Positions 48,201-59,855 of a stretch of 64,000 nt of DNA are shown one piece after another. The position numbers were made by a program, and so were the translations under genes. The stretch lies in contig KZ538396.1 of assembly GCA_000934665.2 (NCBI GenBank), positions 1 through 64,000 of the forward strand, read 5' to 3'. The notes under the pieces are model-generated. The model worked only from the letters and a program-made list of their open reading frames with translations. It was not told the origin of the DNA and did not search any database. Every line of letters begins with the position of its first letter. Position 1 is the stretch's first letter. Source of the stretch: Catajapyx aquilonaris (Eukaryota).

Positions 48201-51200
48201 ACTGAACCCAACAGTGGATTTTTGGTTTGCATATAAATGCATATTTAAGGTTTTACAATATTTGACTAATGATGAAAAATGCATGTTTCAAGTTTTTTAT
48301 GTAATCAAGTTTTTTTTTTTAACATTCGAAGAACTATTTTTATTGACTGATTTGTTTCCCGCTCCATTGTGGACTCTTTGTGTGGGGGTTTACAAAAGTG
48401 CCCTAGGTGAAAATCACTGGATCTGGCACCATTGGTTTCGCTCTAGATTCATGCACCCGTCCTATTAGGGCTGAAGTGTCCGAGACATACAAACCCGAGT
48501 TCCATCTCGAGAGAGCCATGTACCGCCTCATATGCTATGCACGAGAAGGTGACGTCATCCTATTCCGACATCTATGCGGGGTTTTATATGCCGCTTCCAC
48601 CCCTCGAAAAAATCCAAGATTATTGATTGCTCAGACCCTCTGATGAATTATGAAAACATTAAGTGTCTGTTAAAAATTTGTATAGGTCTTGTTTAAATGG
48701 AGGTAATGTGAGTTACCAGGTGCAAAAAATTACATTAGGTTGTGTCGGGGACACAAGCCGCAGCATTGGCGGGCTCAACCTACATTATGTTTCACTTTTC
48801 TCGACTATAATGGTGGGGGCATGCAGGCGTGGATACGTCTTTAAAATCGGATCAGGGGGCATGCAGGCAAACTCGAGCATTACAGAAAAGCGTCGGCTAT
48901 AGCATACTCAGTTATAATAGACTGTAACGCTTTTCTATAACGCTCGAGTTTGCCTGCATGCCCCCGCCATGGGCCCCCTGGTGGGCCCCTGCTGTAACGC
49001 TTTTCTGTAACGCTTGAGTTTGCCTGCATGCCCCCTGATCCGATTTTAAAGCTGTATCCGCGTCAAAAAAAAAGTGGCTCAGGTGGCAAGGGGGCACCCG
49101 CCTAGAGCTCGGAGCACACAGTGGTCAATATCAGAGAAAACACGAACGAACATTATAGCTCCTCAACTAAACCGTTTAAGTACGTAAAAAACACATCTCC
49201 CCATGTTTTCAGGGTCGGCTGATTCCAATTTTTAGGTTATTTTGAACATAGACCTACAGGGTGTACCAAAAACAGGATGGAATTTAATAATCTGCAGAAT
49301 AAGCGGTACAAGTAAGTGAATCAAATGTTTCCCCTGTTTTTATGGTCGCTGATTTCGATTTTGAGGTTATTTTGAACCTAATTTGATACCTACAGGGTGT
49401 ACTAAAAACTCACTATGGAATTTAAGAACGTGTAGAATAAACATTACAAGCAGGTGAAAATAACATTTCCCGATGTTTTTGCGGTCCTAATTTTGATTTT
49501 TAGGCTATTTTGAACCAGGTTGTCAGCAAGTAATAAGGCCAGTGTTGATGTATCTGTAAGCTTAATTGGGGATGTTGTATAAGTAATGATGGTTGAGGGG
49601 ATATTATTAAGAAGGAAGTTGCAGCTGCTGCTTTAGAACTTTAACTAGGTAAATCACCTGGGGTTGATGCTATTTCTTCGGAAATGGTGAGGTGTGGCGG
49701 GGATGATGTGGTTAATTTTTTGGCTAATTTATGTAGGGTTTCTTTTGATAATGGTGTAGTTCCTAGGGATTGGAGGGATGCTATTATAGTACCTCTGTAT
49801 AAGGGTAAGGGAGATGTGTGTGACCGCAAGAATTATCGTGGCATTAGTTTGTTAAGTGTACCAGGGAAAGTGTATGCTAAGGTTTTGATAGAAAGAGTTA
49901 AGAGGGTCACAAGTCAGAGAATACTGAATATTCAGAGTGGGTTTATGTCGGGTAAGAGTTGTGTAGATCAGATATTCTGTATGAGACTCGTGATAGAAAA
50001 GTATTTAGCTGTAAACAAGAAGGTTTTTGTTGCCTTTGTAGACTTAGAGAAAGCATATGACACAGTGAGTAGGGAAGGTTTGTGGGAAGTTCTGAGTCTC
50101 TATGGAGTGAAGGGCCGCCTGTTGGAGGCTGTAAAGTCATTGTATGAAGAGAGTAGAGCTTGTGTTAGAACTTGTAGGGGTTTCTCTGACTGGTTTAACA
50201 TTAGTGTTGGGGTTAAGCAGGGTTGTGTCATGTCTCCCTGGTTATTTAACTTGTACTTAGATGCATGTGTAAGGGAAGCTATGGTTGAAGGTGTAGGAGT
50301 GCAGTTTGGTGAGGAGATAGTCACTTGCTATATGCAGATGATTCTGCCCTTCTGGCGGAGAGTGAGGCTGATTTACAGTTGATCCTATGCAAGTTAGATA
50401 ATGTTTGTGAAAAGAGGGGTATGAGGATTAATGTAGATAAGACTTAAGGCAGTGGCGTAGGCAGAAATTTTTTTCGGGGGGGGGCCATGGCCGATCGGTC
50501 CGTTTCATAATATTGTAACCTATTGTAAGACTTTTTTGACGTATCATAACAGTATTCGAGTCGGAGAGGGGAGGGGGAGGATTTCATAAACCGCGAAAAT
50601 TTTCTTTACTGTTACATAATGTAATGCATTTATTGCTTTTTCTTAACATTTCGGGGGGGGCCCGGCCCCCCCGGGCCCCCCCCCCTGCCTACGCCACTGC
50701 TTAAGGTATTGGTATTTGAGAGGGGACAGCAGGTTTCTCCTTGTATGTTGCAGGTATGAGGAAAACTGGTTGAGCAGGTCAGCCAGTTTGTATACCTGGG
50801 TAGTGTCCTTGAGAGTAATGGTAGAATTGATGGGGAAATAGACAGGAGAGTTAATTCTGGGTTGAAATAATAGGTGCCTCAAGTAAGTTTTAGAAATCCA
50901 CGATCTGGTGGCTATACCAGCATGCTGGTCTAAGCGAGGTATACCAGTATAAGGTGAGGTTTTCTTACCATCTCTATGACAATTATTATTACTCAAAGGA
51001 ATGCACCATGTTCTACGGTACAGATACAGCCCAGGACACTTCTATCGCCTGAGACATCCCCATAAGATCATTCGTTAAGTTCAGATTTCACAGAAACATT
51101 TTCAATTAAAAGTGCAAGGGTGCAAGAAGGGAAGCATACCTACCAGGATATTTCACACGTTTGGTTTGGATGTTATTATCTGAGTGAGGCTTCTCAGACA

Positions 51201-54200
51201 AATTTATACCACTACGCAAAGTGATCCTCTGAATCTCTGATTGCCATCGAGATCTGCGAGCTAGGGGGGTTCCTCTCTCAGAGCAAGCTGAATATAGGAT
51301 TGGTCAGACACTATGCCCTGTGCAACAGATGAACTTGCAATTCTCACAGCCCTGTACTCGCACATTTTTCACCATAACATTATTTTAGTACAGTATCAAA
51401 TGCATTCCAAAAAAATTTGACAAGCATCAAAATTATGGAAATGTACCTTGGTTATTACGACGTGCCGGCCACCCGTGGGTTATACCGGCATACCGCTTTA
51501 AGTGAGGTAACAGGGTAATTATTCAATTTACAGGGTGTTTTTTACTAGTGTGGCCAATGACCGGCAGCACATTCCTTGAGAGCCTAAACAAGACAAAAAT
51601 GTAGGGGGGAGAAATGTGGAGGGACCAACCATTAACGAGGTAGATGACCAGAAACATTGACCAGTGGTTCCCTGGGGGGACTTTGAGGTAACTTAATTTT
51701 TTTGTGGCGAAACACGATGTTAATCGAGAAAAACATGACCTAGGCGCCCTGTGCAAAGGTTTGGCCTTTACAATGATACCATACTCGACATGAGTGCATT
51801 TAAATTGTGGGCATACAGCCATAGAAATGTGTCCGATTTTCACGCGATTTCTGCCGCCATGTTATATATAAAATGGACTTTTCGAAGGCGTCGTTTTCCA
51901 CTCACTTCAACTCGTCCTAACTCACTTTTAGGCCGCAAATGGGAAAAAGACAAACTAGGGCACCTGCTCGAGATTGTCTATTTTTTGATGCAATTTCTGT
52001 GTCAATTGAACCATTTTTGCGGTCGTACGGGCGAAATGTAGACATGTCGAATCCCCCTATGCTGCCTATGCATAAGCAAGTTTGTTTTGGTCATTCATCC
52101 CCAAGGGCTCCGCATTGTTACCGTATTTTCGCTAATGCGCCACCTTAAGAGGGCCGGGTCATTAGTTTCCCGCCACTTTCTGGGCGGCAGCAAGCGAAAA
52201 TCAGATGCGCTGACTCGTCTTCATTTGAAGAATCCTGGCGCGCTGTTAGAGATACGGACACTCGGTTTCTTGCATCGTCCGGAGAAAGAGCTGGCGCTTG
52301 TTCTGGTCGCGGAACTGTTCTAGTCGGCCAATCAATATTCAATCGGCGAAGGGAAATGCGTTTGGAAATTGACGTCACAGGGGCGTCCCAACGGAGTCGG
52401 CCATTTGAATTTGGCGTCTTAGAATGTGTAGCCCCCCGTTGATCTCCGTGCCGACTGATTTTGGAGTCATTTGGGCAGTTTTCATGGCACATATGGTGTA
52501 AACGCTAGACCCCCCGCCACTAACCCCGAAACTAGGTCTGCCGATCGGAGGGAGAAAGGCAACAGCGCCGCCCCCGGCAAAGGTTGCCAATTCAGATACA
52601 AGCTGCCTGTATGACCTGTCATTGTTATATACAATAATGGGAAATCAATGAGCGACAGGCTCTATTATTCTATTATATATGTTGTTTATTGATTTCCCAT
52701 TATTGTATATAACAATGACAGGTCATACGGGCAGCTTGTATCTGAATTGGCAACCCTTGCCGGCGGGGGCGTTGTTGCCTTTCTCCCGCCGATCGGCAGA
52801 CCTGGTTTCTGGGTTAGTGGCGGGGGGTCTAGTGTTTCCACCATATGTACCATGAAAACTACCCAAATGACTGCAAAATCGGTCGTCACGGAGATCAACG
52901 GGGGGGCTACACATTCTAAGACGCCAAATTCAAATGGCCGACTCCGTTGCGACGCCCCTGTGACGTCAATTCCCAAATGCATTTCCCATCGCCGATCGAT
53001 TATTTGTAGGCAGATTAGAACAGTTCCGCGACCGGAACAAGCGCCAGCTCTTTCTCCGGACGATGCAAAAAACCGTGTGTCCGTATCTCTAACAGCACGC
53101 CAGGATTCTTCGAACGAAGACGAGTCAGCGCACCCGATTTTGGCTCGCTGCCGCCCAGAAAGTGGCGGGAAACTTAATGGCCCGGCCCTCTTAATGTAAC
53201 TGGTATTTTTGGTTGTGCAAGTGTTCTGATGCAGATTCATGCCTGGAAGTGCAACCAAAGCATAGATGGTCGGTAGCACTGTCTAGATCTCAAGAACATA
53301 AAAAGCAAGTTCCAGATAGAATATACATCCCCATTTTATCAAATACAAAGAATTCTACTTACATCCTTGTTTATGAAATACAGCATGAACTGTTGCATTG
53401 GAGTCTTGCCTCAGGGGAATTTTGAAGTCCTGTGCAGGTGGCAGAAAAATAACTTACATTGACTGGGGTGGAGATTTTGTTGACAATTGAAGTAAGGAAC
53501 ACAGAATGATGTGATTGATGTTGCAATGGGGAAGTAGCCTTCATTTTGGAAACTACATAATAAATTCGCCCATATTTTTTGGATTTTTTTGGCATATTCC
53601 GTTTTAAGATATCAGTTTCAGTTCCGGAGATATTGGCGTTTTTTCATAGGCAAATGGTGACGTCACTGTTTGCCTCGAAAATGTTGACGTCACGCAAAGT
53701 GAAATGAACGCAAAAATGGTGTTATAGAATGCGCCCCGTCATTGTCGTAAAATGCTTCGCTGTTGTTAGCAACCGTCCCATTCCGTGAGCAAGATAGCGG
53801 CCGGGGCGCATAATTATTCCAGGCCGCTCAAACCGCTTCTGGGCTGACAGTGGTGCCAACTGGTAGGAATTATCTGTCTCCCGAATTAGGCACATAAAGG
53901 CCCCCCTTCTCCACCTCGATGGCCTGCAGTCGCCTTGCGAATGCTTTCCGTCGTGTCCACGGTTAATTCAAAGTCAAATTCCTGATATCTCGCAGTCAAC
54001 CAGTCATTTCAGTGTACCCTTTCGATTGGCACCACCCGGCTTCCCCGTTTTTCCCGCCAATTTTGAAGGCACTTTTAAATGTGCCGTAATTTATCCAGTA
54101 ATGTCATTTTGATGCAACAGAGTGATGGAATGTATGTTTACAGGCATGGGCTAGCTAGTTATGAACAAAAATCCCAAATCCCAGACCAAGGCTACTTCCC

Positions 54201-57200
54201 CATTGTAGTGCATCATTCCTTTTCAGAATGGAAATTTTCTGATTATCTCTTGCTGTGGGCTTTGTAGCACTATTATACAGTTTGAATAATCATGTTGTTA
54301 CTTATATATTGAATAGAAAGTTAAATCCAAGAATATAGAATATGCATGGAATATTTAAGGTTGAAGATTTTAGGTCTACAAGGTGATAATGTGACCTAGA
54401 AATGTGAAAGTAGAATTGCAAGAGGTTCCCTCTGTTAATAACCATGGTTGTTGTGTTGCATTTGTACTTTTCTCTTTCATATCATCATTATGCGCAATAT
54501 CTTAAATTTTAATGTGGAGACAATATCATTGTGCAGTGGTGTCAACAGGCTGTGAAAGGATAAAGCAATTTTCCCACAGTAATATTTCGTTAATGTAAGT
54601 TATCCAAAAATTATGGTCCATTGGTGTCTTGCAAGTTGTCTAGGCTCATGCATAATGTTCTTATTTTACTTCACGTGTGAATCAGTTTTATGGAATTCTG
54701 TTTTCTGTTTACTTAACTGTCATTTATGAGTACTTTTTGTTCCAGATGATGAAATTCGCCAGACCGAGGGCTTTAAGAATGTGTCCCTTGGGAATGTTAT
54801 TCCAGCCAGTTACAAGGACCTGAACTTGCCTTTCCTCACCAAGCAGGATCAGGCCATACTTAATTCGTTTCGAGTCCCCGCATTTGAGGTGAGTTTGTTC
54901 ATTTCTAATTGTACCCATGGAATTTTGTCACATTAGGATATGTAGCCTGTAACTGACATCTAAGTTTCAAATTCTCCAATGTGTGTGCTATTAGCCCAAT
55001 TTATACTGAAAGAGTGATGTTTTAAAGGGACACTCCACTCAAAATACAAGTTGGGTTCTAAAAATCGGGCAAAAAATCCTGATTTCGAGGGTATAAGCAG
55101 TTTTTCTTAGAGACGAACGGTAAGGCCAGTGTGAAAGCTGGAAGTGTGTCGTTCGAAAACCGCGCGCGGGGAAGGTGGGCGCAGGTGGCGACGCCACCAG
55201 AGTGGAACCGGGCGGAACTAGAGAATGCATCCTGGCGCGGCAGTTGTTTGTTGAGCACATTCTCTACTTCTCCGGTTTGCCGCGGGGTGCTGTTGTATCG
55301 CCCTTCTTAGCAGACGACGTGTGTAGATATATGATTTTCCGTGTTACCGTTGGGTGTAGGAAAAAACCGATTGCACATTCGGAATCAGGATTTTTTGCCC
55401 GATTTTTGGGGGCCAACTTGTATTTTGAGTGGAGTGTCCCTTTAAGGAGGCGCAGTAGCAAAAATACGGTAGGTGCATTTCGAATGGAACTGTATTTTTT
55501 TGTCACGAAACGTGCCGTTAATCTGAAAAATCATGAACTAGGTGCCCTGTGCAAAGGTTTGGCCTTTACAATGGTACCTTACTCGATATTATTGCATTAA
55601 AATATATTGTGGACATATGGGCACAGAAGTGTGCCTGACTTTGTGCGTGTTTCCTGCCGCCATGTTATTCAAATGGGCTCTTCGGGAACACCAATTTCCT
55701 CTCACTTCAACTTGATGAAAAGGTAATTTCTAGTCCGAAAATGGAAAAAAGATGAACTATAGTAGGTGCCCTGTGCCAGATCATCTACTATTTTTGGGTG
55801 CAATTTTTGTGTCGATTGCACCATTTTTACGGCTGTACAGCCACAGAAGAGTAGACGTGTCGAATCCCCATATGCTGCCTATGCATAAGCAAGTTTGTTT
55901 GGGTTGTCGCCAAAGGCTCCGATTGTTACCGAATTTTTTTGGTACTGGGCCACCTTAACGTGTGTACCTTAATTAAGTTGTATAATATTCTGTTCCACCA
56001 CACACAAAAAATTAATGCTTTTTGAACCACTGGTACTGTACATCAGAAAACATACTAAATATTGATGGCATTCTCTCTCCCCAGGTACAGGTGGGTTTGC
56101 ATGAGCTCTTAGGCCATGGTTCAGGGAAGCTATTCCGTGAGGATGAAGAAGGCAATGTAAACTTTGAGACAGAAAAAGCTGTTGATCCTTTCACAGGCGA
56201 AAGGATATTTTCATGGTACTTACCTGGAGAGACCTATGACTCCGAGTTCACTAGCTTGGGGTCAGCATACGAGGAGTGCCGAGCAGAATGTGTCGGCCTT
56301 CTCCTCTCCCTTGACAAAGATATCCTGGCCATCTTTGGGTATGATGATAGGGTTGCAGAGAATATCAGGTATGCAAACTGGCTGGCTTTGCTGTGGAATG
56401 CTCTGGGGAGAGCCCTTGAGATGTACCAGCCCAGCAAGGGTGAATGGATGCAGGCACACTGCCAGGCTCGCTATGTGATCCTGCAGGTGCTTCTAGAAGC
56501 GGGACAGGGCTTGGTTGATGTCAGGGAGGTGATTGGAACAGATGGTGAACCTGACATTAGGATTATACTCAACAAGGATAAACTTGATAATGTTGGCAGA
56601 GAAGCAATCAGCCAGTTTCTTGTGAAGCTGCAGGTGAGTGGCAATGGTGGGGAAATAATGATAATGCACCAAATAAGTCTGAGCCCTCAATAAGGTTTTT
56701 TCCTTGTCTCGCACCTGCCATATTATTCTGGCAGCATCATTGACATGATTACATTCCCTAATTGACCCACATTATGATGTGTAATTTTGGTTCTGCAGCA
56801 TGGTCTGTCAGCTACAGAGAAACACACTTACAGTGTTGAACTGTATTCATGTTGGTTTGTAGCTTTATGTAGCATGGTGATCAGATTGACTATTAAGGAG
56901 TTCATTGGACTTTCCTGGCCGTTAAGGCTCTTAAGCCCTTCCACTAAAGGAAATACACAAAATCAACTACAACAATAATTTTAAAATCTCTGGAAATCAA
57001 GCGTCGAGCTTCCAGTCAAGTCGTCCAGCCATCAGTCCTATTCTTCCCCAAGTCCATGCATGCACCACCCCGCCCTCAGCCTCAACTCCTGTTCTCATAT
57101 CAGGTCTCAGATAAGACTGACTGTGCGTAGAAGTTACATGAATTATTATGATGAAATAAGGCAGGCCACTGATATCAATATGAGCAAGTCCAGGAACAAG

Positions 57201-58900
57201 TTTGCTAAAAGTCTGGACAATTCATAGTCACTAGTGGATCATATGATTCACGGCCAAGTAGCAGGAGAGCCGGGTGATATTCTGAAAGGAAACCTTGCCC
57301 AAAACCTCTTTGGGTCCAAGTGTGATGAGGGTTGGTGACACAGGGATGTGGGATATAGGGAGACAGCATAAGGAAAAGAAATGTAATAATGACTTGGAAT
57401 GCACTGTTTCCACGATATTTCCATCTGCATGTGAGCTCAATTCTTAAACAGTGTAACCAAGCATTCCTGCCACAGTTTCAGAATCATATCATATGTAACC
57501 AGCTACAGACTGTCAAGCATTAGTGCAGTGCTGCATTACTGCAGAGGTCGTAATATTCTGATGCAAAGATGCAATTTTCACTCCAAAATTGTTATACGCA
57601 CTCCAAACTGAGCCTTGGAGTGCAAACCTTGTGCCTGGACAAAAAAAGAAAGAAAAAAAATCAACATTTCAACCCCAGTTACTGTATGCATAGTTTTCTA
57701 TTAAAAGTCAAATTCCACCCACCACCTTTTCCGAATACTGCCCCCTCCAGGCAATCCACCGTGATAACTGAGGGTGATAAGAATCTCGGAAAGATGTGGC
57801 ATTGCCATATGCCATGTATTTGACAACAAAATACATCAGCAATTATCATAAGCAAGGTAATCTTTCTGAGATGCCAATCATCCTCGGTCATCATGATGGG
57901 CTGTCCGTAGTGGTGGAATTCAGATTAGGCAGTGGGTAGGATCAAGCTCTTGGTAGGATTGATCTCTTAACAGAAGATGAACATAACATGATTAATATTG
58001 GATTGGGCTGAAGCTAAGATTGTTAATTTCAATAGGTGTAAGTTAATTACGCGTAGGTGACCAAGGGCTGTGATGGTATGTTTATTGCATTTGGAGTATT
58101 TCATTTTATTTCACTTTGATAATTGCATTGTTGAGTTCAGGGAACTTGACTGATGGCCAATTGTATGAACACAAATGGGGGACAAAGTCTCAGATTGCCG
58201 GATTATCCATTGTGAATACATTGAGATGAGCAGAGGTTTTCCCTAATTTGCTTTCATACGACTGGCCCTAGTTCATTATGAGGTGAGAACTCCAGCTAAA
58301 ATTGCTAACATCCTGCTTTCTTGGAATTAATGAAAGACTATATCATCACTGAAGGACACTGAATCTATAAATTGCTGCATGTGAATACATCTTTCTCACT
58401 TCACAGGTATACAAGAGCACAAAGAACGTGGATGAGGCCAGAGCCCTGTTCGCGAAGTACAGTGCTGTGACTGATGAAGACCCCTATCCGTTTTTGAGGT
58501 GGAGGGACATTGTCGTGGCTAAAAAGCAACCCATGAAGATGTTTGTTCAGCCAAACACTCGCATGGATGAGAGTAAGTCTTGAAGTTAGGGCCAGTTGTA
58601 TTTGAGGAAATTAGGATACATATCTGATTTTGTGTTGGTATTCATAATACACAAAGCAACAGTGTTGCAGATTTTCTCCTTAATTTACTTTCATACTACT
58701 GGCCCTAAGCTGTCATTTTGCTTGTAATGTCTTGTTACTTACCCTCAATCTTGCTTTCACCTGCAGAAGGAGATATCACCCTTACAAACTATGAGCCAAC
58801 ACATGAAGGCCTGATCCAATCCTGGGTTGATCGTTACACCGAGGAGATGGATGACATGCTGTACCAACTTGCAATGGATGATAAGGAATTCTTTGACTGA
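36206..58900 (+). CDS. DPP3: Dipeptidyl peptidase III (M49); exons 36206-36264, 41786-41836, 43426-43639, 45698-46867, 47322-47631, 54746-54888, 56085-56633, 58407-58572, 58767-58900; ~931 aa
   Basis: [89 protein letters not shown]. All introns GT-AG and phase-compatible. The first two exons are less certain. Confidence 0.93.
36882..36969. mobile_element. 88-bp hairpin mini-element (CTAT..ATAG termini) at a GTAC site
   Basis: GTA|CTATGGGCGCCAAAA...TTTTGGCGCCCATAG|TAC. Confidence 0.85.
37077..38654. mobile_element. 1.58-kb foldback made of two inverted copies of a transposon 3' end with a SWIM zinc-finger remnant
   Basis: AAA|GGAC...GTCC|TTT; both arms translate to [32 protein letters not shown](L)[11 protein letters not shown]. 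Confidence 0.8.
39590..40135 (-). mobile_element. LINE 3' end fragment
   Basis: ORF 39794-40108 ([28 protein letters not shown]); 3' end ggccctaacaacggggta followed by an A-rich tail. Confidence 0.7.
40140..40390. mobile_element. 250-bp foldback with CACTA..TAGTG termini
   Basis: CACTACACTG..CATCACTGGTGAGTCTCTCATGG versus CCATGAGAGACTCACCAGTGATG..CAGTGTAGTG; no clean TSD. Confidence 0.7.
41031..41298. other. Assembly gap (N run) between poly-G and poly-C
   Basis: Run of n. Confidence 0.99.
41786..41836 (+). CDS. DPP3: DPP3 predicted 51-nt exon 2
   Basis: Long polypyrimidine tract plus [19 protein letters not shown]; donor AG|GTGATA; symmetric phase 2-2. Confidence 0.5.
42100..43135 (+). 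mobile_element. LINE fragments (ORF1 remnant and RT N-terminus) with a TTAA-ending DNA element between them
   Basis: [59 protein letters not shown]; the insert ends GTCCAAGGG|TTAA and shares repeats with 39010-39300. Confidence 0.7.
43426..43639 (+). CDS. DPP3: DPP3 exon 3
   Basis: ..[40 protein letters not shown]; donor GTAGGA. Confidence 0.9.
43692..44286. mobile_element. MITE at a GTAC site, split by a SINE (43805-44225)
   Basis: ~60-bp TIRs; SINE flanked by 13-bp TSD aattcttctgcca and ending in (TAAA)n. Confidence 0.75.
44674..45636. mobile_element. TTAA-flanked non-autonomous element (Kolobok-like termini)
   Basis: TTAA|GGGGGCACTACAGTCA...TGACTGTAGTGCCCCC|TTAA. Confidence 0.8.
45419..45540. 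mobile_element. 122-bp double-hairpin mini-element (CTAT..ATAG termini) at a GTAC site
   Basis: A-A'-spacer-A-A' organisation; the whole unit is also palindromic. Confidence 0.85.
45698..46867 (+). CDS. DPP3: DPP3 exon 4 including the Met/Ser-rich repeat insert
   Basis: [30 protein letters not shown]-[insert][20 protein letters not shown]; 1170 nt, phase 0-0. Confidence 0.92.
47322..47631 (+). CDS. DPP3: DPP3 exon 5
   Basis: [32 protein letters not shown]; donor GTGAGT. Confidence 0.95.
48827..49062. repeat. Inverted repeat with a duplicated right sub-arm
   Basis: ggggcatgcaggcaaactcgagc..agaaaagcgt versus two copies of acgcttttct..gagtttgcctgcatgccccc. Confidence 0.7.
49565..50900 (+). 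mobile_element. RTE-clade LINE RT fragment
   Basis: [50 protein letters not shown]; near-identical to the 6083-7332 copy in their overlap. Confidence 0.92.
50450..50699. mobile_element. hAT-like MITE inserted in the RTE copy
   Basis: CAGTGGCGTAGGCAG...CTGCCTACGCCACTG flanked by duplicated cttaagg; absent from the other RTE copy. Confidence 0.85.
52149..53190. mobile_element. 1042-bp foldback, TTAA TSD, GAG..CTC termini (Sola3-like)
   Basis: TTAA|GAGGGCCGGG...CCCGGCCCTC|TTAA; ~500-bp arms and a ~38-bp spacer (~52649-52687). Confidence 0.88.
54746..54888 (+). CDS. DPP3: DPP3 exon 6 (not in the ORF track)
   Basis: Manual translation (Y)[47 protein letters not shown]. Confidence 0.95.
55026..55441. 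mobile_element. TTAA-flanked MITE (Kolobok-like termini)
   Basis: TTAA|AGGGACACTCCACTCAAAATACAAGTTGG...CCAACTTGTATTTTGAGTGGAGTGTCCCT|TTAA. Confidence 0.85.
55446..55954. mobile_element. TTAA-flanked non-autonomous element
   Basis: TTAA|GGAGGCGCAGTAGCAAAAA...TTTTTGGTACTGGGCCACC|TTAA; related copy at 51690-52144. Confidence 0.75.
56085..56633 (+). CDS. DPP3: DPP3 exon 7 (catalytic HELLGH, EECRAE)
   Basis: [39 protein letters not shown]. Confidence 0.97.
58407..58572 (+). CDS. DPP3: DPP3 exon 8 (not in the ORF track)
   Basis: Manual translation [41 protein letters not shown]; donor GTAAGT. Confidence 0.93.
58767..58900 (+). CDS. DPP3: DPP3 terminal exon
   Basis: [23 protein letters not shown]...FFD*. 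Confidence 0.92.
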
Positions 58901-59645
58901 TAAGTTTGTCAAGGGTTTCCCACATCATTTCTACTATCCTTGTTCATAGTGGGTTCTTTGCATTAATAAAGCAAGCACTTGTTTTGATGCATTTTGTATG
59001 TCTTCAGGTTTTCATACCACAGCACAGTGTGGCCAAACGCGTGAATTCTGGGACAATGGCCCCCACTCCACACGTATTTGTCACTATGTGGTCACGACTT
59101 TCCTCTGATTTTCAAGACAAAAAGTATCGAATTTCACTTTGAATGACACTCCAAACGACCGACTAGATTCCCCAGTTATAGATTCACTTTGCTCTAAGTA
59201 CATATAATTGCACCTTTTATCGAGGTAGCATACTGCTACCCTGACAAATGTGACCTCCTTTTGGAAAAATGTGGACTCATGTGGACTTGAAATGAAGTGA
59301 GTCTATAACCGGGGAGTCTAGTCTTTCATTTAATGTGTGATTCGAAGTGAAATTTGGTGTAATCAGCAACTTTTCATTTTTAAAAGGAGAGGATGGATGT
59401 TATGACAAATGCGCATAATGGAAGCCTCAACAGAAGAACAACTGCCACTGGCATTTCGAGGTCACATTCAAATTGCTAAGTGAGAGAAAGGGAAGACCTT
59501 GCGGTGGGTGGGGGGGAAATGATCAAGGTCTATTTCATGTGAAACTGAGATGTTGCAATTTCAAACTTTGAAGGCCCACCACAAATCTTGTGTACATCCC
59601 AACGTTGCTTTGAAAGTCATTATTAATGGTACATACCTTGGGGTA

Positions 59646-59855
59646 CACCTGCGAGCATAAAGTTGGAGACGCTGCGGGCCTTCTCTGACCTTTCTTTATC
59701 CGACTCAAATTAATTGCCTCTTTTTGGAACGAGTTGGCTGTTTCAGGCCTGTGTTCGTGTATTTATAACAGTATATTTGATGCCGTAATAGCCGAGATTG
59801 GAAGAGCACCTTGCCGAAGGTGAGGGCCTGACGTCTCCAACTTTATGCTCGGGTG
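59646..59855. mobile_element. TA-flanked MITE at a GTAC site
   Basis: GTA|CACCTGCGAGCATAAAGTTGGAGACG...CGTCTCCAACTTTATGCTCGGGTG|TAC. Confidence 0.8.

Noticed and set aside
52145..53279. Mirrored 115-197-aa ORFs in the foldback
   Set aside because: GC-rich TIR sequence; the frames are not conserved between arms and no domain is recognised.
4429..58900. GTSF1-like, RAD51 and DPP3 as a functional genome-defence cluster
   Set aside because: Adjacency in a eukaryote is not evidence of a shared system; it would need synteny and co-expression data.
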